Shown: positions 24,891 to 39,239, counted from the first letter of the stretch. The stretch: DNA of 64,000 nucleotides from Azolla caroliniana (GCA_043228905.1 JBHGNT010000022.1:7564001-7628000); one strand, 5' to 3'. Numbers and translations: made by a program. Notes: a model not told the origin generated them from the sequence alone.

Positions 24891-26799
24891 TCCCGGTAGT
24901 GAAGATGACCTCCATCCGGACAGTGCTGAGCATAGCGGCAAGCATGGACTCGAGGTAGAATAGATGGACGTGAAGACGGCATTCCTTCACGGTGACCTCG
25001 AAGAAGAGATCTACATGCAGCAACCGGAAGGATTCGAGAAGAAAGGGAATGAGCACCTGGTATGCCGGTTGAAGAAGAGCCTTTACGGACTGAAGCAGGC
25101 TCCCCGGCAATGGTACCGGAAGTTCGATTCTTTCATGACCGACGAAGGGTACCACAAAACGCAGTCCGATCACTGCGTGTTTGTGAAGAAGTTCGAAGGA
25201 GGAGACTTCCTAATACTCCTCCTGTACGTGGACGACATAATACGGATGCTGAAGAAAGCGCTTCACCGAACCTTCTCAATGAAGGACCTGGGTCCGGCGA
25301 GGCAAATACTAGGGATGCACATCATCCGGGACCGGAAGAAGAAGCAGTTGTGGCTGTCACAGGAGAAGTACGTGACAAAGGTGCTTCACCGGTTCAACAT
25401 GTCGGAAGCAAGATCGGTCGGGTCAACCCTCCCGGCAAACTGCAAGTTGTCCAGCAAGCAAAGCCCCAAGACAAAGGCTGAGAAGGAGGACATGATGAAA
25501 GTACCATACGCCTCTGCCGTCGGAAGCTTGATGTACGCAATGGTGTGTACAAGACCGGACATAGGATATGCAGTCGGAGTGGTGAGCCGGTACATGAGCA
25601 ATCCTGGCAAAGAACACTGGAACGCGGCCAAGTGGATACTCCGATACCTGAAGGGCACGGCAAACGTGTGCCTCCGATTCGGCTCCGGTAAGCCCGAACT
25701 CGACGGCTTTACCGATTCGGATATGTCGGTTGATGCAAATACCAGCCGGTCCACATCAGGGTATGTGATGACGTATGCAAGGGGAGCTGTTTCGTGGCAG
25801 TCGAGGTTGCAGAAGACGGTTGCATTGTCAACCACGGAGGCGGAGTACATGGCGGCTGTTGAAGCCGGCAAGGAAATGATATAGATGAAGGACTTCATTA
25901 GAGAGCTCAGTATCCGGCAGGAGGAGTACCGACTCTACTGCGACAGTCAGAGTGCCATCCACCTTGCGAAGAACGCGGCCTATCACTCCCGGACGAAGCA
26001 CATCCAGCGAAGATATCACTGGATCCGGGAAAGGATAGAAAACCAGGAGTTCGTGCTGACGAAGATCCACACGGACGAGAACGGGTCACATATGCTGACC
26101 AAAGTGCTCACACCCGACAAGCTGGAAGCGTGCCGAAAGAGGGTCGGACTGGAAAGACATCCCATGCCGAAGTGAAGGGGGAGTTTGTTGGTATTACGGT
26201 CCCTCCGGATGGGATGGTCGGATGTCCGGGAATCGGGAATGAAGACCCGGTTCCGGAGCCGGATGACGAAGACCCCGACTACGGTGCCGGATGACGAAGA
26301 CCCCGGCTACGGAGCCGGATGACGTATGTACCCGGAGAGAGATCCGGATGCGGGGACATATTTGTGAATATGTTTGCCAAGGGCCCTTGAGGCTATATTT
26401 GTAAATAGCCCGAAAGTCATATGTGTATAAATATGACTTAGGGCAAACAGTTTTGTTGTTGTTGCTCATTTTCTGTTTTCCACTTAGAGGGAGCGAAGTG
26501 AGAGCAGCCGAGAGAGACATAGAGAGAAAGGAAGAGGTCGACGCCTCTGTGTAATACCGCCGCCTATGGCGAGGACAGCGAGCTCAAGGTCGTCGCCTTG
26601 CAGCTCGCCATTGTACATTCCCTGCGTATAGTGATAGTTGGAGTCCTTCACTCCCGTGGTTTTTCCCGTTTAGGGTTTTCCACGCTAAACCCTGTGCATT
26701 CGAGTCTCTCTCTGTGTTTTGGATTTACTGCTGCACTGACTCGTGTTTCCTCGGTTGTGGCCGAGAGGTGAAGGTTTTGAAACCGTCGATTCCCTAACA
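24891..26799 (+). mobile_element. 3' part of a Tnt1-like copia (RT, RNase H, PPT, 3' LTR 26186-26799)
   Basis: ORFs 24964-25884 and 25885-26175 (MDVKTAFLHG, LYVDD, GFTDSD); PPT GAAGGGGGAG ending at 26183; LTR TG...CA. Confidence 0.92.
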
Positions 26800-29464
26800 G
26801 ATACTTCCCTACCGGTCCACACTCTCTGCGGCGTGTCTCCGTCCAAAGGTACTGAGGGTGATCTGTTTATCACGTATGTCGCCGTCGACATTGCCTCAGC
26901 CCAAAACCCCTTGGGTAATTTCGCATGCGCCAGCATACTCCGGACCCTCTCCATTATGGTCCGATTCATCCTCTCGGCCAGCCCGTTCAGTTCCGGCGTC
27001 TTCGACACAGTAAACTCGAGCCGGATTCCCTTCGAGTGACAGTACTCCTCGAACTGCCCCCGGTATTCCCCTCCGTTATCCGCTCGTATCGCTTTCAGCT
27101 TCTTGCCGGATTCCCTTTCCACTCTCGCGTGGAGTTCTTTGAAGACGCACAACACTTGGTCCTTTGTCTTCAACGGTGCCGTCCACAGCTTCCGGCTGTG
27201 GTCATCAATGAATGTCACGAAGTACTGGGCTCCGCCATGTGACTTCGTTTCTACCTGACACACATCAGTGTGTACCAACTCCAATGGTACACTACGTCTC
27301 ATCGGTGGTCTTGAGCGGAAGGAGGTCCGGTTTTGCTTACCGGCCAGACAGTCGGTACACTTCCCCAGGTGTACGTGCTTTACCGGTATCAGGTTGTCTT
27401 CCGCAAGCCTCTTCATCCCCTTCTCGCTCATGTGGCCCAGTCTCTTGTGCCACAGCTCACCGGCAGTGTCAGCTGCCACGTTCAGCTCCTCAGGACATAG
27501 CCGGGAATTCATCAGGTACAGTGTGTTGACCTTCCGGGCCCGAGCCACTATGAGGCTCCCTTTGCTGAACTTCATGACACCATTCCGGATGCTACCCGTG
27601 TAGCCTTCATCGTCTAGCCTCCCGGCCGAAATCAGGTTCAATCGAACCTCTGGAACGTGTCGGACATCCTTCAGCAGCATCTTGCATCCGGTTGATGTCA
27701 TCAGCCACACGTCTCCTATGCCGGCAATCCGGCATGTACCTTCATTTCCCATCCGGACACAGCCGTGCTCACCGGCTGTGTAGGATGAGAAGTATTTCTT
27801 CTCCGGGTTCAGGTGGAACGACGCTCCGGAATCGACCACCCAGGTCATCTCTTCACCGGCAAGGTTCAGCTCCCTCTCTTCGGTAATGAGCATTATCTCT
27901 TCTTCACTTGCCGCGAGTGCCGTCGTTCCTTTCCGGTCCTGCCCTCGCCGATCCGGACCTCTCCGGTCCGTGGCTCCCCAGTATGCACCGTTTCGCTCCG
28001 GTGACTTCTTCGAATCGGTACCGTCGGTTCCGTTGTCTTTCCGGAAATGCCGACAGTTCTTCTGGAAGTGCCCCGGCTTCCCACAGTAGAAGCATGTAGG
28101 TCTTCCCCTCGACTGCGACCGTGTCCCCGACTTCTCCCGTCTTTGCGGACTCCGGTTCCGTTGTCTTCCCCGTTCCGATTCGGTAAGCAGCGCCTTCGAG
28201 TCGGAGGCCGGTTCTTTATCTCTCCGACGCGCTTCTTCATTTAGAATACTTGTCTTTACCGTTAGTAAAGACAAGTTCTCTTCCTTACAGGAGGTGCTGA
28301 GAGTAACTACCAAGTTCTCCCAGCTCTCCGGAAGGGTACACATCAGCATGATGGCTTGCATTGCGTCATCCAACGGGAACTTGATCGCCGCAAGCTGGTT
28401 CACGAATCCCATGAACGTGTTGACGTGTTCGACCATGCTCTCGCCGTCCCGGTACTTAAGATTCACTATCTTCCTCATCAGGGAGGTCCGAGTCAGAGCA
28501 TTCTTCCTCTCATACAGTCCGGATAGCTTCTGCCACATCTCATAGGCGTTCGTATCGTTCGCCACATGTTGCAGAACACTTACATCGACATATTGCCGGA
28601 TCGTCGCTACGGCTTTCCGGTTCAGGAGCTTCCACTCCGACTCTATTACCCCCTTGGGTATCTCGGCATTGTCGATCGGTTCGTACAGGTCTCGGACAAT
28701 GAGAAGGTCTTCCATCTTTATATTCCAGTCGGCGTAGTTCTGTGAGTTCAACACCATCATCCCCGGTTGCCCGCTGCTGCCGCCTTCCATTTTCTGCACT
28801 GCAGTCGCTCTGATACCAGTTTGTTAGAAATTGGCGCTTTCTAACCCTTCACCTCTCGGCCACAACCGAGAAAACACGGATCAATGCAGCAGTAAATCGA
28901 CAACACAGAGAGAGACTCGAATGCACAGGGTTAGCGTGGAAAACCCTAGACGGGAAAAACCACGGGAGTGTAAGACTCCAACTATCACTATACGCAGGGA
29001 ATGTACAATGGCGAGCTGCAAGGCGACTACCTTGAGCTCGCTGTCCTCGCCACAGGCGGCGGTATTACACAGAGGCGTCGACCTCTTCCTTTCTCTCTCT
29101 CTCTCTCTCTCGGCTGTTCTCACTTCGCTCCCTCTAAGTGGAAAACAGAAAAAATGAGCAACAACTACTAAACTGTTTGCCCTAAGTCATATTTATCCAC
29201 ATATGACTTTCGGGCTATTTACAAATATAGCCTCAAGGGCCCTTGGCAAACATATTCACAAATATGTCCCCGCATCCGGATCTCTCTCCGGGTACATTCG
29301 TCATCCAGCTCCGTAGCCGGGGTCTTCATCATCCGGCTCCGTAGCCGGGGTCTTCATCATCCGGATCCGGAATCGGGTCTTCATCATCCGGCTCCGGAAC
29401 CGGGTCTTCATTCCCGATTCCCGGACATCCGACCATCCCATCCGGAGGGACCGTAATCCCAACA
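26800..29464 (-). mobile_element. 5' part of a same-family copia (5' LTR 28822-29464, PBS, gag-PR-integrase), cut off by the preceding LTR
   Basis: PBS TGGTATCAGAGC 28807-28818 (-); open ORF from ATG 28790 to 26800 (CFYCGKPGHFQKNC, WVVDSGASFH, integrase core); LTR is an inverted copy of 26186-26799. Confidence 0.93.
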
Positions 29465-29700
29465 TTAATTTAGCTAAAAGTTTGGCTTATGCTAATGAGC
29501 CATTGACGGGTAATGACCATTGGTTGGATAGTTGGTCCTTCACGTCTATAAGTGTGTAGATAGTGTGTGGGATGCGAGTTTGTAATGGGCCCCATTTACG
29601 GTGCAATTGAAAATGACCAGCTACCGGGTAATGGTCAGAGAAAGTCGTGCCTAGAGTTATGTGACACCACCCTCCCTTCACTTCTAGAGCCTCCCCCACA
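29465..29700 (-). pseudogene. LINE endonuclease C-terminal fragment
   Basis: TFSDHYPV motif in ORF 29487-29699. Confidence 0.5.
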
Positions 29701-30149
29701 TAAATGCGGTCAATGCGAGATAGGGTGGATCCAATATTCTACCTGTCTGATCAGGAGAATAGGAAAGAATCCCTTTTCCGTTGGAAGTTGGCAAAATGCC
29801 AGATGTCTCGTAGGTTAAGGTGGACACATTGCTTCTCCCATTGTTTACGCTCCCTTCGCGGCACGCCAGAGGAGCAAGCAGCAGCAAAGTAGCAAAGCGG
29901 TGCGCCAGTCCCCGGCAGAGGTTTGCGGTGTGGGCGTCTCACCAAGAGGCCCGACACAGCGGAGCAGTGGCGCAGGAGGTTTGACCCGCGCCAGTAGGCA
30001 GCGGAAACGGAGATGGAGCAAGAGTTGTTTTGAACTGCGACAGTGCAGGGAGGAGGTTTGCAAACGTGGGGGTCCAGAAGCCTCCCATTGCTCATTTCGA
30101 CACAGATGCCTCTCCTCCCCGCCGATGATGCATCGCCCTCATGTAGTTC

Positions 30150-32090
30150 GAGGAGTCGATCATTTAGGGTTTCCCCTCGCCCAATCCAACCGCTTGGTAA
30201 AGGCTTCTATCAAATCATACCAGAAGACAAGGATTCTGCAATGAACCTCATAGCACTATCTCCCTACGTAAATACATGGTTGTTCATGCGTAAATGGACA
30301 CATGGTTTTAACCCAGAGAAAGCCGCACAATAGGATGATTCCATGAAAAAGGTAACAATGTTGTTTCCTAAACTATCCTTAGAATACAACATGTTACTTC
30401 CTACTATTGGCAACTCCTTTGGTATGATGCTGGATGAGGAACTAACACTAGCAGACAGGCTAAAGAAGCACCTAGGCCCTCCCTCTATCCGCCTCTTGGT
30501 GCAGGACATCAATAAACTTCCCTCAAAGATCCTCATTCCCGGGAAAAACGGAATGCAAATTGAACAACGCATAGAAGTGATTGGCGCACCGGGGAAATGT
30601 TTTGCATGCAAAAAACTTGGTCATTTAAAAAAGAACTGCCCCACAAGATGTATTAAAGATCCTACAAAGGAGACTCTGGAAGGTCAGGACACCATAAGAC
30701 ATCAGAAGCCTCCCACACCACGACCTGACACAGTTGTGATGGAATGGAGAGTGGTGGAAAAAACCCATGTCCTTCGAAAAACATCATCGGCACAAAATCC
30801 TCCCCCCCACAGACGAGCATTCCCCTAATTCTTTCTTAAGCCCCAAGGAATGGCCTAAGGTGACACCAAGCACACAAGAGAAAGTTCTCGTTAAAGCTTA
30901 CAAAACAGGGAAGCGAAGACGAATAAGTCATGTAAAGACCTTAATAAGGAGCTTGAGTGGAACGACACCCAATGCAGAAGCAACAAACCAAGGCAGAAGT
31001 GTGAATGTCACGCCTCAAATGATAGTCGTCCCGGATATAAATGAGTGTGCTTCCTATAGCCAAGACCTTGAACCACACCCACAAAAGCCTTGAAATGGCT
31101 AGGTCTAGGGCTCAAGACAGTGGAAAAAATAAGGGTACATGTATCAGCGGTACACAATAACAGAGTTCCAACGACCTCAATCTCCTTTCCACTCTTGCTT
31201 CTGACACAGGAAGATTGGTTGAAATCCAAGATTAAAGATACGTTATGTAGCCAAGCAGCGTGCTTTGTAGGACAAATAAGAGATGAAGATCTCATGAATG
31301 AACTAAAGCAACATTGGCATAACACTGAATTCTGGTGCACCATGGATGAAGAGGAACCTCATCTTTGCCACATCCACCTGTGGACTATCATAGAAACCCA
31401 ACTAACTCCAAGCTTTTTCTATTTCTATGAGAAGCATGAAGGGGCGATTGAAGCTCACAAGATAGCCCACAAACTCCACTCATGGATGTGGACCACTATT
31501 CCATCCCTGGAAATGACTGGATGTCTAAATGGTAAGTGCTCCCCACTCACGACCTGATGTACAAAGAACTAGGAACAATTGGCAATCTCCCACCCCATTC
31601 CATGAGTATGAAGATTATAACATGGAACGTGCAAGGACTCAGACGTAGACTAGACCAGCAAAATAGATGGAAACTAAGAAGGGATCTTGAAGAATATTTA
31701 CTAGGGAGTGGTGCTAACATCATCATGTTTCAGGAACACCACCTCAATAGCACACAATTAAAGGAAGTCAGAGACCTTCTACCAGGATCATGGCAAATGA
31801 TTTGGGAGCCATCAATTGGGAGGGATGGAAATCATGGTGGTATTTGCAGTTCGATTCGGGAACATCTACCCCAAGGCTTAATACACCAAGAATCACTTAT
31901 ACCTGGTAGGGCACATTTTTGCACGTTGGCCATCCAAGGGAAACGATGGAACTTCATGAATGTTTATGCTCCAAATAGCAGAACAGAAAGGGCAACATTC
32001 TAAGACCTCATCCACCTACAAGTAGTGGGTGCGGAAGGGTGGTGCATTGGAGGGGATTTTAATATGATCGAATCCATTCACGATAGACAC
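30150..32090 (+). mobile_element. Degenerate L1-type LINE (ORF1 zinc knuckle and APE endonuclease N-terminus)
   Basis: CFACKKLGHLKKNC in 30343-30828; MKIITWNVQGL...FQEHH...NVYAPN, then IGGDFN near 32046. Confidence 0.8.
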
Positions 32091-33415
32091 AATTAATGCT
32101 TCTTTATAAGGTGGGAGTATGAAACAGTAATATCTCTAAGTTCACTTGGAAAGAGTTTGAAAACATCCAAAATTCATTTCTTATGAAGTCTAAGTCAAGA
32201 AATAAACCCATAGACCCTCTTACTTCATGACACAAGATAATTTCCCATTGAGGGGCCATGGAAATAGTTGTTGAATACATGCTTATGGTCCAAAAAAACC
32301 CTCAATTCAACTTCCTTGAATCACATGGGAAGTAAGCAACAAGATCTAAAGACACAAAAATGTTGTGTTCTAGTTCGATGCAAGTTATGGAAAAATGGTT
32401 TCATGATGCATCTATAGATTCCATTGTGAATGAGGTCTTTTTATAAATGTATGATGACATGGGAAAATGAGGAGTCTCACACTTCACACATTATACCACA
32501 TATGTTGCACCTAACCACCAAACCATATTGTTCATCAAACGGGGAAACCAAGACACATCAATACATGCTAGGGCACATTCAGTTGTTTATCATCTAAACT
32601 ATTCAACTATGTTTTCTACAAATCTTCAACCAATCCTTGCACAAATTTCTCTCCCAATCATCATGTGCTCTCTCAATTGTGAGATTTACTCGTATAGTTC
32701 TTGCATATCGAGATTCACAACTCATTTTTTACCTCTAAGGACAATAAAAAAATTTATTTATCAATCTATATACCTCTCTACTTCAACCCCACATGTCATA
32801 CCTACCTCTATCACTTGATCTGTCTTTTTTGTCTGGTCTTCTAGCATCCCATAGGTTCTTACTTTTAGTAATACTTATATTACTAGTGAGAAACTTCAAC
32901 GTGAAGTGAAAACCACAAAATAACAAAGAGAAATGTATAGAATGACAATGTCATGAGAGAATTATGGCGAAATGAGGCTTTGTGTCAAAGTGAGCGTGGT
33001 AAATAAAGGGGTGCAAAATAATAAATTGCAAGTAATGTTCCCAAACAAATTGCAAATTGCCATCATTGCCCTTGTGACTTCAAATTTTGCAAAATTCCGA
33101 AAGTAGTCTTGGTGGCTTCTAAACACTTCACTATGCACAATGCAACAAAACTATGCTTCTAATTAGAAGATTCAACCCATTGGGAAGAACATCCAATAAG
33201 CATATCCATATGAATACCCTTTGCTTAAGTGGAAAACCAAAACTTCATTTGCCAATAAGGTTATTTTTTCACCAAGAGTAGGGTTTGTTTGTATTTGTGC
33301 CACGAGGCATTTGCATAATCTTGAAAACATGAGGGTTGTAGAGACCTTTATCCTGAATTTGTCGTAATCATATTCATTGGAATAATAGTATTGGGTTTTT
33401 TAGCATCCAATCATG

Positions 33416-33600
33416 AATCCTATAATCTTTCTTTAGAGAATGCGCATATACTAATGGCAATCCCTACTCCCCCACTTTATTTCACATGGATTGATGATGT
33501 GGTTCAATAGAATAATCCTGTAATCTTTCTTTAGAGAATGAACATACAGTAATGGCAATCCCCATTCCCCCACTTTATTTCACATGGATTGATGATGTGG
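33416..33600. repeat. Tandem duplication of about 98 bp
   Basis: aatcct(a/g)taatctttctttagagaatg...ggattgatgatgtgg occurs twice. Confidence 0.85.
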
Positions 33601-33729
33601 CCCAACACAATAATGACGAATCATTATATTGACGCTTGATAATTGACATTACATCACAACTTGAATTGATTTCAATGTTATCCTCTCAATAACACGGGTC
33701 GGATACCTTATCACAAGACACCCTTCACC

Positions 33730-34123
33730 TAACAATCGGCAACGATTCGGTTCAAGTTCAAGTTTTTGTAATCAATTTGGTTTGGTTTAGGGGGTGAACG
33801 GTTTGGTTTGGTTTTAATGGTTTTAAACCATGGTTTAAACGGTTTGATGGGTTTTTTTAAATTTAAAATTTACTTTTTTTTTAAGCAACCTTTTTATTTT
33901 TGAGCCTAATTCTCAAATTTTAGGAAAAATATTTAAAATTTTGAAGTAATAAGTAATTTTGACTTAAGTTGAAAACCAAATGGATTTTTACCAAATGGTT
34001 CGGTTTTAATGGTTTTGTGGTTCGGTTCAAGTTTCAAGATTTTTAAACAGTTCAATTCCAAACCGGTTTGGTTTGGACACTCTCGAACCGAACTGAACCA
34101 AACCGAACCGTTGTTGATTGTTA
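33730..34123. mobile_element. hAT-type MITE (394 bp)
   Basis: Imperfect ~23-bp TIRs TAACAATC(GG/AA)CAACG(A/G)TTCGGTT; 8-bp TSD CCTTCACC at 33722-33729 and 34124-34131; subterminal GGTT/AACC repeats; no ORF. Confidence 0.88.
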
Positions 34124-34714
34124 CCTTCACCAAAGATCGTAGTCACCAAAATGTGTTATCCTCTCAATAACATGGATACCTTATCACAAGATACTCTTCA
34201 CCAAAGATCATGGTCATGGATAAGGTAATGAACAAGTTAATGGTCGAATCGGTTATAAATAACACAAGAAGTTAAGGATATGATATAGACACATCAAAAC
34301 ACAAACACAAACAATGTATAGCCAAAAGATATCTCTCTATTAAGCATTCTTTATACAATACACATGCCCCCTTTATATAGGAAAGACATGGGAGTTACAA
34401 TGCCATTCGGCACACCTTTCAACTCTACAAGTTATAATGACATTTCATCGGATATACCTATTCGGATATAAATTACAATACATCATTTTGGACCTACTGT
34501 TATCTATTTACATTCTACTATATCTATATTTCGGCAATAACTATTCGGCTATATCTAATTCGGCTTAATATATAATCCTTCTAGCTTCGGTTCCATACTG
34601 ATTTTTTAGCCCTTTCACACTGTTTATACTCTTCCACTTTAAACCCCTATGGGTAACATTCAACCCCTTATATGATCCACTCTTGTTCTTGCTACTTGTT
34701 GCCAACCACTCGTT

Positions 34715-37700
34715 CCCTCCGCAACAAAACGGAGTAGCCGAGCGCAAAAATCGGCACATCCTCGAAGTAGCGCGTGCAGGCCATGATGAACGAAAAGCAT
34801 ATGCTCAAGTCATATTGGGCTGAAGCTGCAAATATAGCCGTCTACTTAATGAACCGATGCACAACATCCGGCGTGCATGAGGTCACTCCGCACGAAAAAT
34901 ACTTCGGAAACAAGCCAGACTTATCGCACACCCGGATATTCGGTGCGATAGCATACGTGCACATCCCCGACGAGAAGCGTCAAAAGCTTGACCCAAAGTC
35001 GAAGAAATGTATCCTCGTAGGATACTCACTTGAGCAAAAGGGGTACAAGTGCTACAACCCCTCAACCCGAAAATCTTGAGTAAGTCGAGACGTCGTGTTT
35101 GACGAGTCTGCATCCTGGTACGCACCAGAGACAACTCCGACTCTGACTCCGCTCGACCCGGAATCCACCGAACAAGAGATAGAGGATGAAGATCATCTTA
35201 CGCGTATGTTCGAAGAAAGTCCGATCACGACCCGACTGAGCGGACCACAAGAGCCTTTGAGTGATCAAAGCACATCACGGCCTAGCCCGAAGATGGACAA
35301 AGGCAAGGCGAAAATGTTGGACTACGAAGACGATCGCTTCAACGAAGATGAGTCGACTCACTCACTCGACAGTGAGTTCGGCGGCTTCGATATACCAATC
35401 GGAGCTAAGAAAGCCCTCATCTCTGTAAATGAAAAGCTTCGTCGCTCCACCCGTGAAAAGAATCTGGTCAGCCGATTCGGCTACAATGACTACATGGCAT
35501 ATCACTATGCCTTTATGATGAAGGTGGTGACAATACGCGAGCCAGAAACATTCTCAGAAGCAGTCAAGGATCCGCGATGGATCGAAGCCATGAACGAGGA
35601 GATGCAGGCACTATGCAAGAATGAGACGTGGGATCTCGTTCCCACCTCACCACATAGAAAGGCGATCGGATGTAGATGGATTTACAAAGTGAAGTACAAC
35701 GCCGACGGTTCCATCAACCGCTACAAAGCGTGACTCGTAGCGAAAGGCTATGCACAAACGCACAGAGTTGACTACGAAGAGACCTTTGCCCCGGTAGCAA
35801 AGATGACGATGGTATGGACCGTAATTGCGCTTGCCGTGGCGAAAGGGTGGCACCTCCATCAAATGGATGTCAAGAACGCCTTTCTAAAAGGCGAATTGGA
35901 AGAGGAGGTGTACATGATACAACCACCCGGCTTCAACTCGAGCACCCATCCGAAAGGTGTATGCCCACTCAAGAAGCCACTCTACGGCCTCAAGCAAGCA
36001 CCGCGTGCTTGGCATTCGAAGATAACACAATATCTTCATCAAATCGGCTTCCGTATGTCAAAATCGGACAACTCCCTCTACATACAAAGTGATTCCGCTA
36101 GTCTGATCGTCATCATCTTATATGTGGATGACCTAGTCATTGGAGGTGAGCATCTCGTTGAACTCAATAAGGTCAAATCCCGCCTTTCCGACAAGTTCGA
36201 GATGACGGACATAAAGGAGCTCCACTACTTCCTCGGCATCGAGGTAATTCGGACTCCGGCCGGAATCATGATCTCTCAACGACACTACATGCTCAACTTG
36301 TTATACAAGTTCGGGATGGCTGAGTGCAAATCCGTGGCTACCCCGCTCGATCGCAATCTCAAACTAGATGTGAACTCCGCCACCAAAGTGTGTGAGCCGA
36401 CTCAATATCGGGAACTCATCGGGAGTCTCATCTACCTCACGATCACTCGACCTGATCTCAGTTATCCGATCAGTCTCCTTAGTCAATTCATGCAAACACC
36501 GCGTGATACTCACTTGGATTGCATTAAGCGAGTTCTACGATACGTGAGCGGCACAATGGATTGCAACATCCTCTACAAGACCGTGATGCCAATACGACTC
36601 GAGGGGTACACAGACACTGATTGGGCCGGCTACAAAGTTGATAGAAGATCAACCTCCGGCTTTGTTTTCTCCCTCGGCAGCGGAGCAATATCTTGGAGCA
36701 GCAAAAAGCAACCAACCGTTGCTCTTTCGAGCACAGAGGTGTAATACAAGGGTGCGACAGTGGCCGCATGTGAAGCCGTATGGCTCAAGAGGATACTCAA
36801 GGATCTGGGCGTACCCATCAAGGATCCGACTTCCCTTTACTGCGACAACATGAGCAGTATCTATCTGGCTCAGAACCCGGTGTTCCACGCGCAGACAAAA
36901 CACATCGAAGTGCACTATCACTTCATCCAAGAGCGCGTTCTAGCTAGCGATGTCGACCTACAACACATTAGCACCCAGCTTCAAACAGTTGACATCTTCA
37001 CTAAAGCCTTAGGAGTCGACAAGCTATGGCAATTAATGACCAATCTCGGATTGACGATCCCTGACCTGCCAATTTTGAGGGGGATTCCGCAAACCGCACA
37101 CACTACGCAATAACGCGTGGATTACGCAACCGCGCAACGAAGCCGCGAAGAGCCGATCTACCGTGCAAAGCTGCGAAGAAAGACGCAAGCCAAAGCACAA
37201 ACTTCGCAACTACGCACAATGCAAGTTGGAGCACGAATTCCGCAACTCTGCATAAATGTGAGTCGACACGGACTCCGGAACGAGAGTCGAAGTGGATTTC
37301 GGATACCGTCTGAAACCGACCCGACTTGAGCTTGAGGGGGCGTGTTGAGAATCAAGCTCAACTTGGTCTAGTGTGTGAACTCACCTTGAGAGTGAATAGA
37401 CACTCCAACGGTCAAGAGTCACCATTATGTCACCTCTTTGTATTCTAGCATTTAGTATGAGTCATAGAATCATATTCTATGACACATAACTTATGAGCTT
37501 TCACATTCCCCATGCTCCATGAGTCTTGTAATTAATGAAGAGAGAGGGTGACTATATAAAGCACCCTCCTCCCACCTTGTATTAAGTTAAGTCTTTCTCC
37601 TTTGTTAATATACTTTTACCTAGCGTATTCTCTGTGTCTTACTCCTTGTCTCTCTCACTCTCTCTCTCTCTCTCATACACACACATAACTCACATCTCTT

Positions 37701-37733
37701 CCGCTTCACAAGAATCATATCCGATTCTTTACA
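34715..37733 (+). mobile_element. 5'-truncated Ty1/copia element (integrase C-half, RT, RNase H, PPT, 3' LTR 37343-37733)
   Basis: ORFs 34774-37113 (HQMDVKNAFL, LYVDDL, YTDTDWAG); GAGGGGGCG-TGTTGAG junction. Confidence 0.9.
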
Positions 37734-38012
37734 ATGAGATTCCTCACTCCCCAAGATTTTAGAGAGTGAGTGATTGGTTTAGTGAGAGGGTGACCTTATA
37801 TAAGGCACCCTCCTCCTACTTTAAATGGGTCATTTAATCTCCCTTGTAGTGCTCATTATCTCCGTGTAGTTGTTCTCTATTTCTTGTTAATATACATCTT
37901 GCGTATTTCATTTTTCTATCTATCTTGTGTCTCTCCTCTCTCCTCTTTCACACACACATAACGCACATCTTTAACTTATTCTGATGCATAGAATAACACT
38001 CGATTCTTTACA
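37734..38012 (+). repeat. 3' part of a second related LTR
   Basis: Shares gagagggtgac..tataa..gcaccctcctcc and the end cgattctttaca with the preceding LTR. Confidence 0.65.
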
Positions 38013-38309
38013 GTATAATGTAATGATATAGTACTTGAAGTCTTCTCAATATCAAAGGTTGATTTTGCATTTTCAATACCAATATAGGTAAGCATCTACG
38101 AGATAACAGGTGACTCACAAACACATTGGTATACACGTGTCTACATGTATGTTCTTCAATATTTGCAAACAAGAAATATTAATATGCTTTACATCATTGT
38201 GCTACCCAAGACAAGGACAAGTTGCAATTACCTCGATTTCTCTTTGAATGTTATGCATGAAATGTGTTATGATAGTAAGGTTGGAATTGAAGGTTGTTGT
38301 GACGGCGAG

Positions 38310-38556
38310 GAGACCAAGCAAAACTTAGCTTGTCTGATGCTTGACTTCGAGAAAGCCTATGATCGAGTACAATGATATTTCCTTGAAGAAGTCATGAAGG
38401 TGATTGAGCTACCGTGGGAATGGAGGTGTGCTGCTCAAGCCTTATATAGGAATGACTCAAGTAAGGTGTTGATTGCAGGGAGGAATGGGGCTAGAATCTC
38501 TCAAACTAGATCCATCACGCAAAGGTTGTCCTCTCGCCCCCTTTCTATTCCTCTTT
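38310..38556 (+). pseudogene. LINE RT fragment
   Basis: CLMLDFEKAYDRVQ and a QGCPL(S/A)P-like segment (caaaggttgtcctctcgccccc). Confidence 0.75.
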
Positions 38557-39171
38557 TGTTGGGATATCAAGCTCAACTAGATTTAGTTAGCTACTCAACA
38601 TACGTAACTTAGTAGTTACCTAGATAGAATCTAGTTAGTGTGTTGACCTTAAAGCCTTAAATAGGATTTTGTACCTGAGTGGGATACATTGTAGATCCTC
38701 CACTCCCATGTTCATTTAATATAGGACTTACACCTTTGTACTTATATTCTACTCACACATGTGCACCTTTGCACATGAGATGTATATATACCTCATTGTG
38801 GGTATTTTTGTATTTGATGATGCTTTTTAATATAGTTAATCATTGTTGGCATAAAAGACTGACTCCTTCCACTTTGTATCCAAGTGTGAACTCGTCCAAA
38901 GAGTTAGGTCTTAGTATATAAATGATAACCTAACATTGTAAAGAAGGCTTCACCTTCTTGATCATCTTGTATAACGAAATCTAAGAGAGAGAGAGAGAGA
39001 GAACGAGTGCAATAACAAAGCTTCCATTAAAGCTTAAACTGAGTCTATCTACAACTGGTATCTTCTTGCCTCCATTCTGTGTGTAGTTTGCTGAACACAT
39101 ATGACAGGTCCTCACACACACACACACACATACATTTCCGTGCATATTTGATCTAGAACCGGTATCAGAGC
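38557..39171 (+). mobile_element. Copia 5' LTR remnant with a mutated iMet PBS
   Basis: TGTTGGGATATCAAGCTCAAC start resembles other LTRs here; (C)GGTATCAGAGC at 39160-39171. Confidence 0.6.
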
Positions 39172-39239
39172 GAGTTGCGGTTTGGCAGCAACAAAACAGA
39201 AAAGCTAAAAGGAAAGAGACTAGGTCAGTAAAATCTCAC

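Noticed and set aside
32100-33400. Host gene exons in AT-rich DNA (also 2113-2580 and 63460-64000)
   Set aside because: No convincing ORF, motif or splice pattern.
34225-34575. Possible solo LTR
   Set aside because: Composition is LTR-like, but I could not fix termini or a TSD.
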